DNA of 64,000 bases from Planctomycetota bacterium. GTDB taxonomy: Bacteria; Planctomycetota; JAJSAM01; JAJVHW01. The stretch covers positions 128,001-192,000 of the forward strand of contig CBDFJG010000003.1 in the NCBI GenBank assembly GCA_965248445.1, read 5' to 3'. Of this stretch, positions 38,366-48,966 are shown in pieces. The position numbers and the translations under genes are program-made. The notes below the pieces were generated by a model. It searched no databases. It saw only the letters and a program-made list of their open reading frames with translations, and had not been told where the DNA came from. The stretch's first letter is position 1. The number at the start of each line of letters is the position of its first letter.

Positions 38366-38932
38366 ATGGACGACAGCAGCGAGAGCGGAGCACGCTCGGA
38401 GCGATCCGAGTGGGTGTCCCGCGCCCTCGACGAGTACGAGGGTGCGCTGCTGGCGTACGCCCGACGCCTGCTCTCCGACCCCGAGCGGGCCCGCGATGTC
38501 GTGCAGGAGACCTTCCTGCGACTCTGCAAAGCGAAGCGGAGCGACGTCGAGGGGCACCTGCGCCGGTGGCTGTTCGCAGTGTGCCGCAACAAGGCACTCG
38601 ACGAACTGAGGAGACGACGACACGTGGCCAACCCGACCGCACTGCAACAGGCCGACGCGCGTCCCGGCCCGGCTCCCATGCCGGACGAGATCGCGTCGCT
38701 GCGCGACGACGTACGCGCGGCGCTCACGGCCCTCGACCGCCTGCCGGACCGCGAGCGCGAGGTGCTGCACCTCCGCTTCAAGGAGTCCATGAGTTACCGG
38801 CAGATCGCGGCGGTCACCGACCTGTCGGTGAGCCATGTCGGCGTTTTGATCCACACGGCGATGAAGCGGCTGCGCCGCGAGCTGCGTCCGGCAACGGGCT
38901 CACCCGCGCGCACCGGAGGAGCGACAGCATGA
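38366..38932 (+). CDS. ECF sigma-70 factor
   Basis: ARDVVQETFLRL, WLFAVCRNKALD, LPDREREVLHLRF..SYRQIA. Confidence 0.92.
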   Translation: MDDSSESGARSERSEWVSRALDEYEGALLAYARRLLSDPERARDVVQETFLRLCKAKRSDVEGHLRRWLFAVCRNKALDELRRRRHVANPTALQQADARPGPAPMPDEIASLRDDVRAALTALDRLPDREREVLHLRFKESMSYRQIAAVTDLSVSHVGVLIHTAMKRLRRELRPATGSPARTGGATA

Positions 38933-41721
38933 CCCCGCACGAGAAACACCAGATCGAAGCCGCCGCAGCCGAAGCACGCCTCACGGCGTACGCCCTCGGA
39001 GAACTGAGCGGACCGGACGCCGACGAGATCGCGCATCGCGTCGCGACCGACCCCGTCGCCCGCCGCGCAGTCGAGGAGATCCGCGAGCTCGCGGCTCTCT
39101 TGAACGACGGGCTCGGCGCGTCGGCCCCCGAGGGACTCGAGACCGCGCAGCGCGAGGTCATCCTGGCGGCGGCGGAGGCCCCGGGTTTCGGCTCGCGTCT
39201 GCGCCTCTGGCCCGCGGCGGCCGCGGCGGCGGCCATCATCGGCGTCGCTTCTCTCGCTAACTGGGCGGGGACACCGTGGGACAGGAGTCCTCGAGAGACA
39301 GAACTGTCGCGGCTCATCGCCGAGCGTGATCGCCTCTCGGACGAGCTCTCGGACGCACGGGCGCAGCGGGACGCGCAGATCCCGGAGTGGGAGGCTGCGA
39401 TCGCAGCAAAGCGCTCCGCCGAGACGCGTGCGGCAGGGGCCGACGCTGTCGCTACCACCTCGGGCGATAGCCCGGTCGAGCTGCACCAGCTCAACGAGTC
39501 GCTGCGGGAGAACCTCGAGTCTCTGACCACGAACCAGGGCGACATGCAGTCGCGTTTGGGTGAGCTGAACGCCCAGATCGACCGCCTGCGCGGCGAACTC
39601 GCGGTCGCGGACGCCGAGAGCCCGCGACGCTTCGACGAGGCGTTGGACCTGCTGGCGGCCGCTCCACCGGGCGATCCCACGCGCGCACGCGGCACACGGG
39701 ACGGGGGCGTCGCATACAACACGCCGCTTCCGGGCGCCGACGGAACCGCTGTCGGCGTGGCGGGCAACACCCGCGGAACCGGATACCTTTACGGCGCCGG
39801 CGCCGGCGGCGGGGGTGGCGGTCACGGGACCGGCGGCGGCGGCGACGCCGGAGGACCCGGCGGCGGCGGAGTCGGCGGAACGGTGCGCCTCCGCAACTCC
39901 CTTGGCTTCGACATCGCGGATCCCGAGGCTGCCGTCGACGGACGGCTGACGACCGCCACCTACAACGACGAGGTTCCCGGCGCGGCATCCGCGATCATGA
40001 CGATTGCGGGAGGCAGCGGGTCGGACGGTGACTACCGCGTATTGCGGTCGGTGAACGGGCGGGACTTCTCGACCCTGTTCACGCAGGTCGGGGGGGATGC
40101 CGGACTGCTCCTCGGCGTCCAGGGTGCAGAGCAGCAGATTCAGGCTCTGCGCGCGAAGCAGAAGCAGATCCACGTCGGGGGCGCCGTCGCCAATGCCGGC
40201 GAACTGGCCGAACTGAACAAGCAGATCCTCGAGCGCGAGCGCGGCATCGTCGAACTCGAGCGTCTGCGCGAGATCGCACGGAGCCAGGAGTTCTCCGGCG
40301 GCGAGGCGTACGTGCACCCGGGCGAAGCACGCTTCCGCAACCCGCGGCAGGAGCCGCTGTCGACCTTCTCGATCGACGTGGACACGGCGTCGTACACGAA
40401 CGCCCGCCGCATGCTGCGCGACGGCCACCTGCCGCCCGCCGCATCGGTGCGGGTCGAGGAGATGATCAACTACTTCAACTACGGGTACGCAGCCCCGACC
40501 GGCGCTCACCCGATCGGCACGACACTCGAGACAGCTTCCTGCCCGTGGAACACGGCGAACCGCCTCGTGCGGATCGGCATCCGCGCGAAGGACATCCAGG
40601 GCGAGGCGCCGCCGGCCAACCTCGTCTTCCTGGTCGACGTCTCGGGCTCCATGCAGCCCGACAACAAGCTCCCGCTCGTGCAGCGCTCCCTGCGTATGCT
40701 CGTCGATCAGATGCGCGAGCAGGACCGCATCGCCATCGTCACCTACGCCAACGGCTCAGGTGTTCGACTGCACTCGACCACTGGTGCCGAGAAGGGTGCG
40801 ATCGGCAAGGTGATCGATGAACTGACCGCCGGTGGCTCCACCAACGGCGGAGCGGGCATCCACGATGCGTACAAGATCGCGTCAGAGCACATGGTCGAGG
40901 GCGGCACGAATCGCGTGATCCTCGCCACCGACGGCGACTTCAATGTCGGCGTCACCGATCGCAACCAGCTCGTCAACCTGATCCAGGAGAAGGCCAAGAC
41001 GGGCGTGTTCCTGTCGGTTCTCGGTGTCGGCACCGGGAACATCAAGGACGCCACGCTCGAGCAGCTCGCGAACAAGGGCAACGGCAACTACTCGTATCTC
41101 GACTCCCTCCAGGAAGCACGCAAGGTGCTCGTCGAGGAGATGCGCGGCACGCTCATCGCGGTCGCCAAGGACGTGAAGGTCCAGCTCGAGTTCAACCCCG
41201 CGCGCGTCGCGTCGTACCGCCTGATCGGATACGAGAACCGCGCGCTCGCCTCGGCGGACTTCAACGACGACAAGAAAGACGCGGGCGAGATGGGCGCCGG
41301 CCACACGGTCACGATGCTCTACGAGATCGTGCCGACGGCGATGACGGCGACTTCGCCGTCACCGGGCGTCGACCCGCTGCGCTACCAGCGGCCCGCGATG
41401 GTCGAGACCGCGGCCGCGCAGTCGAGCGAGTTGCTCACGCTCAAGGTGCGCTACAAGCACCCCGAGGCGTCCACGAGCCGGAAGTTCGAGAGGTCGGTGT
41501 CGGACACCGGCGCGGGCTTCGACACGGCGTCGACCGACTTCCGCTTCGCGTCGGCCGTCGCGTCGTTCGGGATGTTGCTGCGCAGTTCGCCGACGGCGAC
41601 GGGGATCACGTACGACGGCGTGCTGGAGCTGGCCTCGGGCGCGCTCGGCGAGGACCCGAAGGACCGCAGGGCAGAGATGCTCGACCTGGTTCTCCGCGCG
41701 AAGCAGCTGTCCGGGCGATAG
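38929..41721 (+). CDS. Anti-sigma-like N-terminus fused to a YfbK-like vWA domain
   Basis: ATGA coupling; LTAYALGEL, TM, STFSIDVDTASY, DVSGSM MIDAS, ATDGDFNVG, YRLIGYENR. Confidence 0.88.
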   Translation: MTPHEKHQIEAAAAEARLTAYALGELSGPDADEIAHRVATDPVARRAVEEIRELAALLNDGLGASAPEGLETAQREVILAAAEAPGFGSRLRLWPAAAAAAAIIGVASLANWAGTPWDRSPRETELSRLIAERDRLSDELSDARAQRDAQIPEWEAAIAAKRSAETRAAGADAVATTSGDSPVELHQLNESLRENLESLTTNQGDMQSRLGELNAQIDRLRGELAVADAESPRRFDEALDLLAAAPPGDPTRARGTRDGGVAYNTPLPGADGTAVGVAGNTRGTGYLYGAGAGGGGGGHGTGGGGDAGGPGGGGVGGTVRLRNSLGFDIADPEAAVDGRLTTATYNDEVPGAASAIMTIAGGSGSDGDYRVLRSVNGRDFSTLFTQVGGDAGLLLGVQGAEQQIQALRAKQKQIHVGGAVANAGELAELNKQILERERGIVELERLREIARSQEFSGGEAYVHPGEARFRNPRQEPLSTFSIDVDTASYTNARRMLRDGHLPPAASVRVEEMINYFNYGYAAPTGAHPIGTTLETASCPWNTANRLVRIGIRAKDIQGEAPPANLVFLVDVSGSMQPDNKLPLVQRSLRMLVDQMREQDRIAIVTYANGSGVRLHSTTGAEKGAIGKVIDELTAGGSTNGGAGIHDAYKIASEHMVEGGTNRVILATDGDFNVGVTDRNQLVNLIQEKAKTGVFLSVLGVGTGNIKDATLEQLANKGNGNYSYLDSLQEARKVLVEEMRGTLIAVAKDVKVQLEFNPARVASYRLIGYENRALASADFNDDKKDAGEMGAGHTVTMLYEIVPTAMTATSPSPGVDPLRYQRPAMVETAAAQSSELLTLKVRYKHPEASTSRKFERSVSDTGAGFDTASTDFRFASAVASFGMLLRSSPTATGITYDGVLELASGALGEDPKDRRAEMLDLVLRAKQLSGR

Positions 41722-41724
41722 TCG

Positions 41725-41753
41725 CGCGGGCGGGGATTCCACCCCCGCCCGCG
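41725..41753. terminator. Hairpin between convergent genes
   Basis: CGCGGGCGGGG / CCCCGCCCGCG 11-bp stem. Confidence 0.65.
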
Positions 41754-41762
41754 AGTCGCCGC

Positions 41763-43853
41763 TCAGTCAAGCGACTCGTCGAACGCCTTCTGGAGCTTGC
41801 CGATCTCGGGCTCCAGTACGCGGACGAATGCGTCCGCCGCAGACTCGCCTCCGAGGAGCGCGTCACGGTACGAGAGCAGGAGCTTGTTCAGCTCCGGGTC
41901 TGCCTGCATCGCTCTCACGAGCTGAAGCGACTGCGCGTAGTGCAGTCCGATGTCCCCGCTCTGGAACTCGGCCGTCGACATGGTCAGAAACTCGCGTACG
42001 GGCCGCGCCGCGAGCGCGTGCCGCGGGTTGTCGGCGAACGGGTTCGACTTCTCGCCGCGCATCTCGCCGAAGACCTGCGCGAGGCCTTCGTTGAACCAGA
42101 GCGGGACGTCGTCGGCGAACACGTGCAGAAACTGGTGGAAGCCCTCGTGGCGCACGGTGTTCTCGAGGTTTGCGGTCACCTCCGGCACCCACAGCGCCAG
42201 CTCGCGAACGAGAGGCAGGTACACGCCCGCAGTCCACGACAGATCGATCTGCAGGTCGCCCGCGTACCCGAGGTACCCCTCGCGACTCGCGAACACGTAG
42301 ACGCGTGCCTTCGGAGCGCGAGCAGGCGGAGCCCCGAGGAACTTGATGTAGGCCTCGCGCATCTTCTCGAGTTCCTGCGCCGTGTCGTAGCAGACCTTCT
42401 TGCCGTGGTCGCTCGACACGATGTAGTGCTTCGACTCGTAGTCGAACCGGCGGGTCCACTTGGGTCCCTTCAGTGCACGGAGGGTCCACGTCTCGAGAAG
42501 CTGCGTGTCCTCGTCCTCGTGTCCCATCGTGACGGCCGTGCGGATCGCTTCGGCGGCGGCCTCGTGATTGGCTTCGTACAACTCCGCCAGCGCGAGGTAG
42601 TGGTGGACGTCCGGTAGATTTCCGATGCGGTCGCGCACCGCGAGCAGGTCCTCGCGGGCGCCCGCGATGTCGCGCAGGCCGTAGCGCACCTGCCCGCGGA
42701 GCGCGCGGGCCAGCGGGAAGTCACCGTCCTCCTCGATGACTTTCGTGAACAACTCCTCTGCCAGCTTGTTGCGGTCGTGTGCGAACGCATCGATCGCGGC
42801 GAGGAAGTTCGCTGTGGAGGGTGGCAGGTCGTCGCTGATCAGGCTCGCGAGCGGCATCGGAATGCCGTTCAGAGCCGATCGCACGATCAGACGGAGGGCG
42901 GACGCCGTGCGGCCGCCGGGGGCGTCGCCAGGGAGCAGGTCGTAGTCACCCGTGTCCGGCGCGGCGTCCACCGGGACGTCGGTCAGCCACTTCGGAACGT
43001 GCTCGTCCCGCTTGTACGACTCCTGCTCCCACTCCGCGTACTTCTCGGCGTGGTGCTGACCCTCGACGCGGCGGAAGAACCGCTTCTCGAGGCGTCCCTT
43101 GATCTTGATGTTGCTGAAGAACGGTCCCTTGAACGCGATGTAGCCGGACTTGTAACGACGGTCGTTCGCCGTGAGCGTCTTGGTGCCGCCCATCTTGACC
43201 GTGAACTTGAGGCCGCGCCGCGCGATCTCGATCGTCCCGTAGCGGTTGGTGTTCGTCGTGTGCGCGGCAGATTCCACGACCTCCAGACCGTCACCACCGA
43301 CGCGAAGGAACTTGCACGGTGCGCGCAGGTTGTGTCCCTGGCGGACGCCCGGGAGGATGACGTACCCGCCGTCCTTGTCGGGATCGAAGCAGAGCAGGAT
43401 CATCGACTGATTGAGATCGCGGTCGATGTAGTGGCACTTCGTGGAGATGTCGAGGGTGCCCTCGAACTCGAGCGGCAGGATGTGCATTCCGTCCTGCTGC
43501 AGCCAAGGTGCGCTCTTCGCGTCGTCGAACGAGAAGGTCACGGTGCGCGACGCCCAGTCGAGGCGGGTGCAGTCGGATCCCCAGATCGCTTCCCCCGTGA
43601 TCCGTCCTGCGGCGGTGCGGTAGAGGGAGAGCTTCAGGTCCTCCTCGAGCGACTTCAGGTGGCCGCGCACCGCTGCGTCGCCCTCGTGTTGCGCGAAGAT
43701 CTGCTGGATCGCTTTCGTGGCGTCCTTCCACCGTTCGCCTTCGACGAGAGTGCGGACGCGCGCGACGTCGCCTTCGAGCGATCTCTCCTGCGCACGCACC
43801 GCGGGCGCGGCTGCCACGGAGAGCAGCACGGCGAGCAGACCTAACCGGAACAT
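41763..43853 (-). CDS. Secreted TPR plus zinc-peptidase-like (DUF1570-type) protein
   Basis: Signal peptide; TPR helices; RHEGFHQF...PLWFNEGLA. Confidence 0.8.
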   Translation of the reverse strand: MFRLGLLAVLLSVAAAPAVRAQERSLEGDVARVRTLVEGERWKDATKAIQQIFAQHEGDAAVRGHLKSLEEDLKLSLYRTAAGRITGEAIWGSDCTRLDWASRTVTFSFDDAKSAPWLQQDGMHILPLEFEGTLDISTKCHYIDRDLNQSMILLCFDPDKDGGYVILPGVRQGHNLRAPCKFLRVGGDGLEVVESAAHTTNTNRYGTIEIARRGLKFTVKMGGTKTLTANDRRYKSGYIAFKGPFFSNIKIKGRLEKRFFRRVEGQHHAEKYAEWEQESYKRDEHVPKWLTDVPVDAAPDTGDYDLLPGDAPGGRTASALRLIVRSALNGIPMPLASLISDDLPPSTANFLAAIDAFAHDRNKLAEELFTKVIEEDGDFPLARALRGQVRYGLRDIAGAREDLLAVRDRIGNLPDVHHYLALAELYEANHEAAAEAIRTAVTMGHEDEDTQLLETWTLRALKGPKWTRRFDYESKHYIVSSDHGKKVCYDTAQELEKMREAYIKFLGAPPARAPKARVYVFASREGYLGYAGDLQIDLSWTAGVYLPLVRELALWVPEVTANLENTVRHEGFHQFLHVFADDVPLWFNEGLAQVFGEMRGEKSNPFADNPRHALAARPVREFLTMSTAEFQSGDIGLHYAQSLQLVRAMQADPELNKLLLSYRDALLGGESAADAFVRVLEPEIGKLQKAFDESLD

Positions 43854-43875
43854 GCGAGACCCTCCGGGCACGAGT

Positions 43876-44292
43876 CTACGCGACCGGTGGCTCCGCCATC
43901 GCGGTCCGCACCGCTTCGGGCAGAGGCGTGCTCTTGCCGTCCGGGCCCACGCAGACCATCGTCACCCGCCCGGTCGTCGCGTGCTCCCCTCCGCCGACGG
44001 GCAGCAGCTCGTGCTCCCACGTGAACGACGAGCGGCCGAAGCGCGCGATGCGGCTCGTCACGTCGAACTCGTCGCCGCTCCGGATCTGCACGTGATACGT
44101 GACGTCCTGGTGGATGACCATGATGTGCACCCCGTGGTCCTCGGGGATCGAGTCGTACGTCAACCCGCGTTCACGCAGGTAGACCAGCCGGCCGTGCTCG
44201 AACCACTGCAGCGAGACCGCTTGGTTCAGGTGCCCGTACGCGTCGATCTCGTACGAACGTGCCTCCACGCGGAGTACGGACGCGCCGCTCAC
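43876..44292 (-). CDS. Hot-dog fold acyl-CoA thioesterase (YbgC/4HBT-like)
   Basis: EIDAYGHLN...WFEHGR. Confidence 0.88.
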   Translation of the reverse strand: MSGASVLRVEARSYEIDAYGHLNQAVSLQWFEHGRLVYLRERGLTYDSIPEDHGVHIMVIHQDVTYHVQIRSGDEFDVTSRIARFGRSSFTWEHELLPVGGGEHATTGRVTMVCVGPDGKSTPLPEAVRTAMAEPPVA

Positions 44293-44328
44293 CTTCGTCT
44301 CTTCGGCACGGGCCTCTCCAGCACGGGG

Positions 44329-47142
44329 TTACGCCGTCTCCAGCCGAATGGCGCAGAACTTGAACTCGGGGATCTTGCCGGCCGGGTCGAGCGCGTCGTT
44401 CGTCAGCAGGTTCGCGGCGGCTTCGCGGAAGTGGAACGGGATGAACACCGTGCCCTTCGCCGTCTTGGTCCCGGCCCGCGCCTTGACGCGGATCGAACCG
44501 CGCCGCGAGGTGAGCCGGACCATGCCGTTCTCCTCGACGCCGATGCCTGCGAGATCGTCCGGGTGGACCTCGCAGACGGCCTCGGGCGTGATCGCGTCGA
44601 GCGCCTTGCTGCGCCGCGTCATCGAACCGGTGTGCCAGTGCGTGAGCAGTCGACCGGTGTTGAGCACCATCGGGTACTCCTCATCGGGCAGCTCGGCCGG
44701 CGGGATGACCTCGGCGGGGGAGAAGCGCCCGCGTCCGCTCGGCGTGGGGTAGCCGTCGCCGAACAGGACGATCGTGCCCTCGGAGTTCTCCGGGTCCGGA
44801 CAAGGCCAGATTTTCCCGCGGCCGTGCAGGTGCCGGTATCGCAGGCCCTTGTACGAACTCGTGAGATCACTGAACTCACGGAACACGTCCTCGACGGTCT
44901 CGTACTCCTGCGGGTAGCCCATGCGCGTCATGATGTCGCACAGGATCTCCCAGTCGAGACGCGCGTCGCCGGGCAGCTCGAGCGCCGTCTGCCCGAGCTG
45001 CACGCGGCGATCGGTGTTGGTGAACGTGCCCGTCTTCTCGAAGTAGCTCGAGGCGGGCAGCACGACGTCGGCGATCTCGGCCGTCTCGGTCAGGAAGATG
45101 TCCTGGACCACCAGGAAGTCGAGCTGCATGAACGCGTCGCGGGCGCGCTGCACGTTCGGATCGCTGAGGAACGGGTTCTCGCCCATCACGAAGAGGCCCT
45201 TGAGGTCGCCGGTCTCCGCCGCATGCGCGATCTCGACTACGGTCAAGCCCGGCTCGGGCTCCAGATCGACGCCCCACGCGCTCTCGAATTTCTCCCGGAT
45301 CGCGGAATCGCCGACCGGCTGGTAGTCGGGGTAGCATATCGGGATCAGCCCCGAGTCGCTGGCGCCCTGCACGTTGTTCTGGCCGCGCAGCGGATGCAGG
45401 CCGGTACCGGGCCGGCCGCAGTTGCCCGTCATCAGCACGAGGCTGATCAGCGAGCGTGCGTTGTCCGTTCCGTGGACGTGCTGGCTGATACCCATGCCCC
45501 AGAACACGAGCATGGCCTTCGCGTTGCCGATCGTGCGCGCGATCGTGCGGATACGGTCCGCGTCGATGCCGCAGATCGGTGCAGCGACCTCCGGCGTGTA
45601 GCGCTCGACGACCTCGCGCAGGGCTTCGAAGTTCTCGGTGAACTTCGCGATGTAGTCGTCGTCCTGCAGATCCTCTTCGAGGATCACGTGCATGATGGCG
45701 TTGTAGAACGAGACGTCCGAACCCGAACGGATGCGCACGTACTCGTGGGCGTGGTCGGCCAAATCCGGCCGCCGCGGATCGATGATGATCAGCTTGGTGC
45801 CCCGCGCCGCCGCCTCCTTGATGAACGTCGCTGCGACGGGGTGGTTGGACGTCGTGTTCGTGCCCGTGATCAGCGCGACGTCGGAGTTCTCGATGTCGCG
45901 ATAGATCGTCGAGACGGCGCCGGAGCCGATCGTCTCGAGCAACGCCGTGACGCTCGATGCGTGGCAGAGGCGCGTGCAGTGGTCCACGTTGTTCGTGCCG
46001 AACGCCGTGCGCACGAGCTTCTGGAAGAGGTATGCCTCCTCGTTCGAGCACTTGGCGCTGCCGAACCCGGCCAGCGAGCCACCGCCGTGCGTCTCACGGA
46101 TCGACTTGAACTTCGACGCGACGAGCTCGAGCGCCTCGTCCCATGTCGCCTCGCGGAACACCGACAGGATCCGGTCGTAGTCGAAGAGATCGCGGCCCTC
46201 GCGCGTGCCGTCTGCCTTCCCGATCATGTCGTCGCTGAGCGACGCCTTCGGATAGTTCTCGGTCTTGCGGATCAGCGGCTTGGTCAGCCGGTGGGGGTGC
46301 GACGCGTAGTCGAACCCGTAGCGGCCCTTGACGCACAGGCGGCCGTCATTGCCGCTCGGCTTGCGCCCGTCTGAGTAGACGACGCGGTTCGCCTTCTCGT
46401 CGACCATCAGGTTCACCGCGCAACCGACGCCGCAATACGGGCAGACCGACTCGACGACCTTCAGCTCGGACGCCGGCTTGATCTCGCCGAAGATCGACTT
46501 GTTCGTGAGCGCCCCGGTGGGGCACGCCGCTGCGCACTCGCCGCACTCGACACACGTCGATGCGCCCATCGGCGCGTCGAGGTCGAACGAGATCTTCGTC
46601 TCGTAGCCCTTGCCCGACCGGCCGATGACGTGGTTGCCCTGGATGTCGTCGCACGCGCGGATGCAGCGGTCGCACAGGATGCACGCCTGGTGATCGACGT
46701 CGATGACGGTGCTGCTGTCGTCGGTGACCCGGCCGTTGCCGCCCGGCCAGCGCGAGGGTTCGGCGCCGAGTTCCGTCGCGAGTGCGAACAGCTCGTCGTC
46801 GCCGGTCTTGCCGTCGCGGGCGGAGTCCGCGTGCTGGTCGGCCATCATCAGCTCGGTCAGCACCTTGCGGTTGCGGCGCACGCGCTCGTTGTCGGTCTCG
46901 ACGACCATCCCCGCGTCGCAGGGCCGGACACAGGATGCGACGAGCGTGCGCGCGCCCTCCACGTCCACCACGCACATCCGGCAGACGCCGACCGGTTCGA
47001 GTTGCGGGTCGTGGCACAGCACGGGCACCGTCAGGCCCATCTCGCGGCAGGCGTCGTAGACCGACGTGCCCTCGGGCACCGTGATCTCGCGGCCGTCGAT
47101 CGTGAGCGTGACGTTCTTGACGCTGGAGTGCGTGGCGGTCAT
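44329..47142 (-). CDS. fdhF: Formate dehydrogenase alpha subunit (Cys-type) with N-terminal Fe-S domains
   Basis: 2Fe-2S CRMC, CILCDRC, CVECGEC, CPYCGVGC, DHCTRLCHAS, LRGQNNVQG, IPEFK. Confidence 0.93.
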   Translation of the reverse strand: MTATHSSVKNVTLTIDGREITVPEGTSVYDACREMGLTVPVLCHDPQLEPVGVCRMCVVDVEGARTLVASCVRPCDAGMVVETDNERVRRNRKVLTELMMADQHADSARDGKTGDDELFALATELGAEPSRWPGGNGRVTDDSSTVIDVDHQACILCDRCIRACDDIQGNHVIGRSGKGYETKISFDLDAPMGASTCVECGECAAACPTGALTNKSIFGEIKPASELKVVESVCPYCGVGCAVNLMVDEKANRVVYSDGRKPSGNDGRLCVKGRYGFDYASHPHRLTKPLIRKTENYPKASLSDDMIGKADGTREGRDLFDYDRILSVFREATWDEALELVASKFKSIRETHGGGSLAGFGSAKCSNEEAYLFQKLVRTAFGTNNVDHCTRLCHASSVTALLETIGSGAVSTIYRDIENSDVALITGTNTTSNHPVAATFIKEAAARGTKLIIIDPRRPDLADHAHEYVRIRSGSDVSFYNAIMHVILEEDLQDDDYIAKFTENFEALREVVERYTPEVAAPICGIDADRIRTIARTIGNAKAMLVFWGMGISQHVHGTDNARSLISLVLMTGNCGRPGTGLHPLRGQNNVQGASDSGLIPICYPDYQPVGDSAIREKFESAWGVDLEPEPGLTVVEIAHAAETGDLKGLFVMGENPFLSDPNVQRARDAFMQLDFLVVQDIFLTETAEIADVVLPASSYFEKTGTFTNTDRRVQLGQTALELPGDARLDWEILCDIMTRMGYPQEYETVEDVFREFSDLTSSYKGLRYRHLHGRGKIWPCPDPENSEGTIVLFGDGYPTPSGRGRFSPAEVIPPAELPDEEYPMVLNTGRLLTHWHTGSMTRRSKALDAITPEAVCEVHPDDLAGIGVEENGMVRLTSRRGSIRVKARAGTKTAKGTVFIPFHFREAAANLLTNDALDPAGKIPEFKFCAIRLETA

Positions 47143-48953
47143 CGAGTGGGTGCTCCCGCGCAGGTGAGATCGTCGAGGCAGAGCTCTGTGACGAGAGCCG
47201 GCGGTACGCCGCCGTCCTCCGCCCAACCCTGGGCCTCGTAGTAGCTTGCGATCATACGAGCGAGGCCTTCCCGGCTCAACGTGGCGCGGACCCCGTCTCC
47301 GAGTTCGAGCGGCTCGTCGAGGAAGCGGTCCGGGAGCGTGTCCTCGGCCCGGGTCCAGCCCTCGCGGACGTTGTAGAGCTTGCGAAGGGTCACGATCCGG
47401 CGCCCGGCGCGGCGCAGTTCGTCCCCGTCGATGTCCCAGCCGGTCACTGCGGAGAGCATCGCGGCACCCTCCTCGTAGACGTCCTCGAAGACGCCACGCA
47501 GGAACTTGCAGAGGATCAGGCTGTCCAGGACGGCCGCCTGCATCTCGGTGGCGACCGCGGCGGGTCCCTTCGACGCGTCCGCCGAGAGCCGGTTCTCCCC
47601 GGCGGCGAGATCGTGCTCGTACGCACCCGATCGATTGTGGTCCGCACCCCGCGCGGCGACGGCGAGACCGAGCGCCATCGTCTGGAGCGCGCGGGGCTCG
47701 TAACCGGGCAGCTCCATGCCCTTCACGTGTGCGGCAAAGCGCGGCGCCTCGCCGCCGATGGCCTGCGCCGCGCGCATGGATCCGTCGGCTAGGAGTTCCC
47801 CGAGACCGCGCCGCTCCGCGATGTCGCGGAGCAGAGCCTGCACGCCTGCTGCGTCGCCGAACTGCGGGGCGGCGTCGAGCAGGCCACGCCGGCGGCAGTC
47901 CATCGCGAACGCGATCGTCCCTCCGGCGGAGATCACATCGAGGCCCAGCTCGTCGCAGAGCGCGGCCGACTCGAGGACGGCGTCGCGGTCGTCGATACCG
48001 CACAGGGGGCCGAGGGCGAACAGCCCCTCGTACTCCATGCGGACCTGCTTGCCGCTCTTGGTGGCGAAGACGTGCTCGCAGCCGATGGTGCACGCCGCGC
48101 AGTGCTTGCGGACCGACGGGAGCGCGTGCAGCGCCTCGCCCGAGACGCGTTCCGCACCGTCGAAGGAGCCCGTGCTGAAGTTCCGCGTCGGCAGAGCGGA
48201 CAGCCGGTTCATCACGAGCAGATTCGTGACGGTGCCGAGTTCGCGGTACTTCGCGGTGGCCGGGCCGAGACTTCGCTTGGAGAGGTCGCGCGCGAACGCG
48301 ATGACGCTTTCGGCGTCCGCGAGCGGCGTGCGCTGCTTGCCCCGTGCCACGACACCCTTGAGCAGCTTGCTCCCGAACACGGCGCCCAGACCGCCGCGTC
48401 CTGCGTGTCGTGAGTCGCCGGAGATGGTGGCGTAGCGCACGAGCCGCTCGCCCGCCGGTCCGATGCCGAAGAACCGGAAGCGCTCGCCCAACCGGCTCCG
48501 GATGCTCTCCTCGGCGTCCGTGGAGGAGAGTCCGGCGAGCTCCGGGGTGGTCTCGATCCGCACGTCGCCGTCGTCGACCACGAGCACCGACCAGTCGGGG
48601 CAGGTCCCCCGTACGACGAGCGCATCGATGCCGCAGGCCTTCAGTTCGATCGCGAAGCGGTCGCTCGCCAGCGCGTCGCAGATGCGATTAGTGAGTGGAG
48701 ACTTGGCGATCACCGCGAACTTCGCCGACGTCGTCAGCGGCGTTCCGACGAGCGGAGACAGCGAGAAGACGACGGGCGCCTCGGGAGCGAACGGCTTCAC
48801 TCCGCGCGGTGCCTCGGAGTGCAGCAGCCAGGCTCCAATTCCGACGCCGCCGATCAGCCGCCGCAGGACGTCGTCGGGAATGTCGTCGACGCGCGCCGAT
48901 CCGGAGGTCAGATCGACGTGGAGCACACGTCCGTGATAGCCGCCGGTCACCAA
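47139..48953 (-). CDS. Aldehyde:ferredoxin oxidoreductase family (tungsten) protein
   Basis: KSPLT, IGPAGE, GRGGLGAVFGSK, CxxCxxxC, EYE, CDELGLD, DSLILC. Confidence 0.92.
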   Translation of the reverse strand: MVTGGYHGRVLHVDLTSGSARVDDIPDDVLRRLIGGVGIGAWLLHSEAPRGVKPFAPEAPVVFSLSPLVGTPLTTSAKFAVIAKSPLTNRICDALASDRFAIELKACGIDALVVRGTCPDWSVLVVDDGDVRIETTPELAGLSSTDAEESIRSRLGERFRFFGIGPAGERLVRYATISGDSRHAGRGGLGAVFGSKLLKGVVARGKQRTPLADAESVIAFARDLSKRSLGPATAKYRELGTVTNLLVMNRLSALPTRNFSTGSFDGAERVSGEALHALPSVRKHCAACTIGCEHVFATKSGKQVRMEYEGLFALGPLCGIDDRDAVLESAALCDELGLDVISAGGTIAFAMDCRRRGLLDAAPQFGDAAGVQALLRDIAERRGLGELLADGSMRAAQAIGGEAPRFAAHVKGMELPGYEPRALQTMALGLAVAARGADHNRSGAYEHDLAAGENRLSADASKGPAAVATEMQAAVLDSLILCKFLRGVFEDVYEEGAAMLSAVTGWDIDGDELRRAGRRIVTLRKLYNVREGWTRAEDTLPDRFLDEPLELGDGVRATLSREGLARMIASYYEAQGWAEDGGVPPALVTELCLDDLTCAGAPTR

Positions 48954-48966
48954 GGGGGAGACGGTA

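Noticed and set aside
38326..38928. Long N-terminal extensions in the ORF track (also 24799, 33303, 48093, 53069, 56788)
   Set aside because: They overlap neighbouring real genes; coupled starts and homology place the true starts downstream
45930..46000. Possible selenocysteine in FdhF
   Set aside because: The active site reads CTRLCHAS with a Cys codon; there is no in-frame TGA
43717..46374. Long antisense ORFs (e.g. 885 aa here, 603 aa at 13408-15219, 600 aa at 20672-22474)
   Set aside because: Shadow ORFs opposite well-supported genes, expected in high-GC DNA; no recognisable motifs
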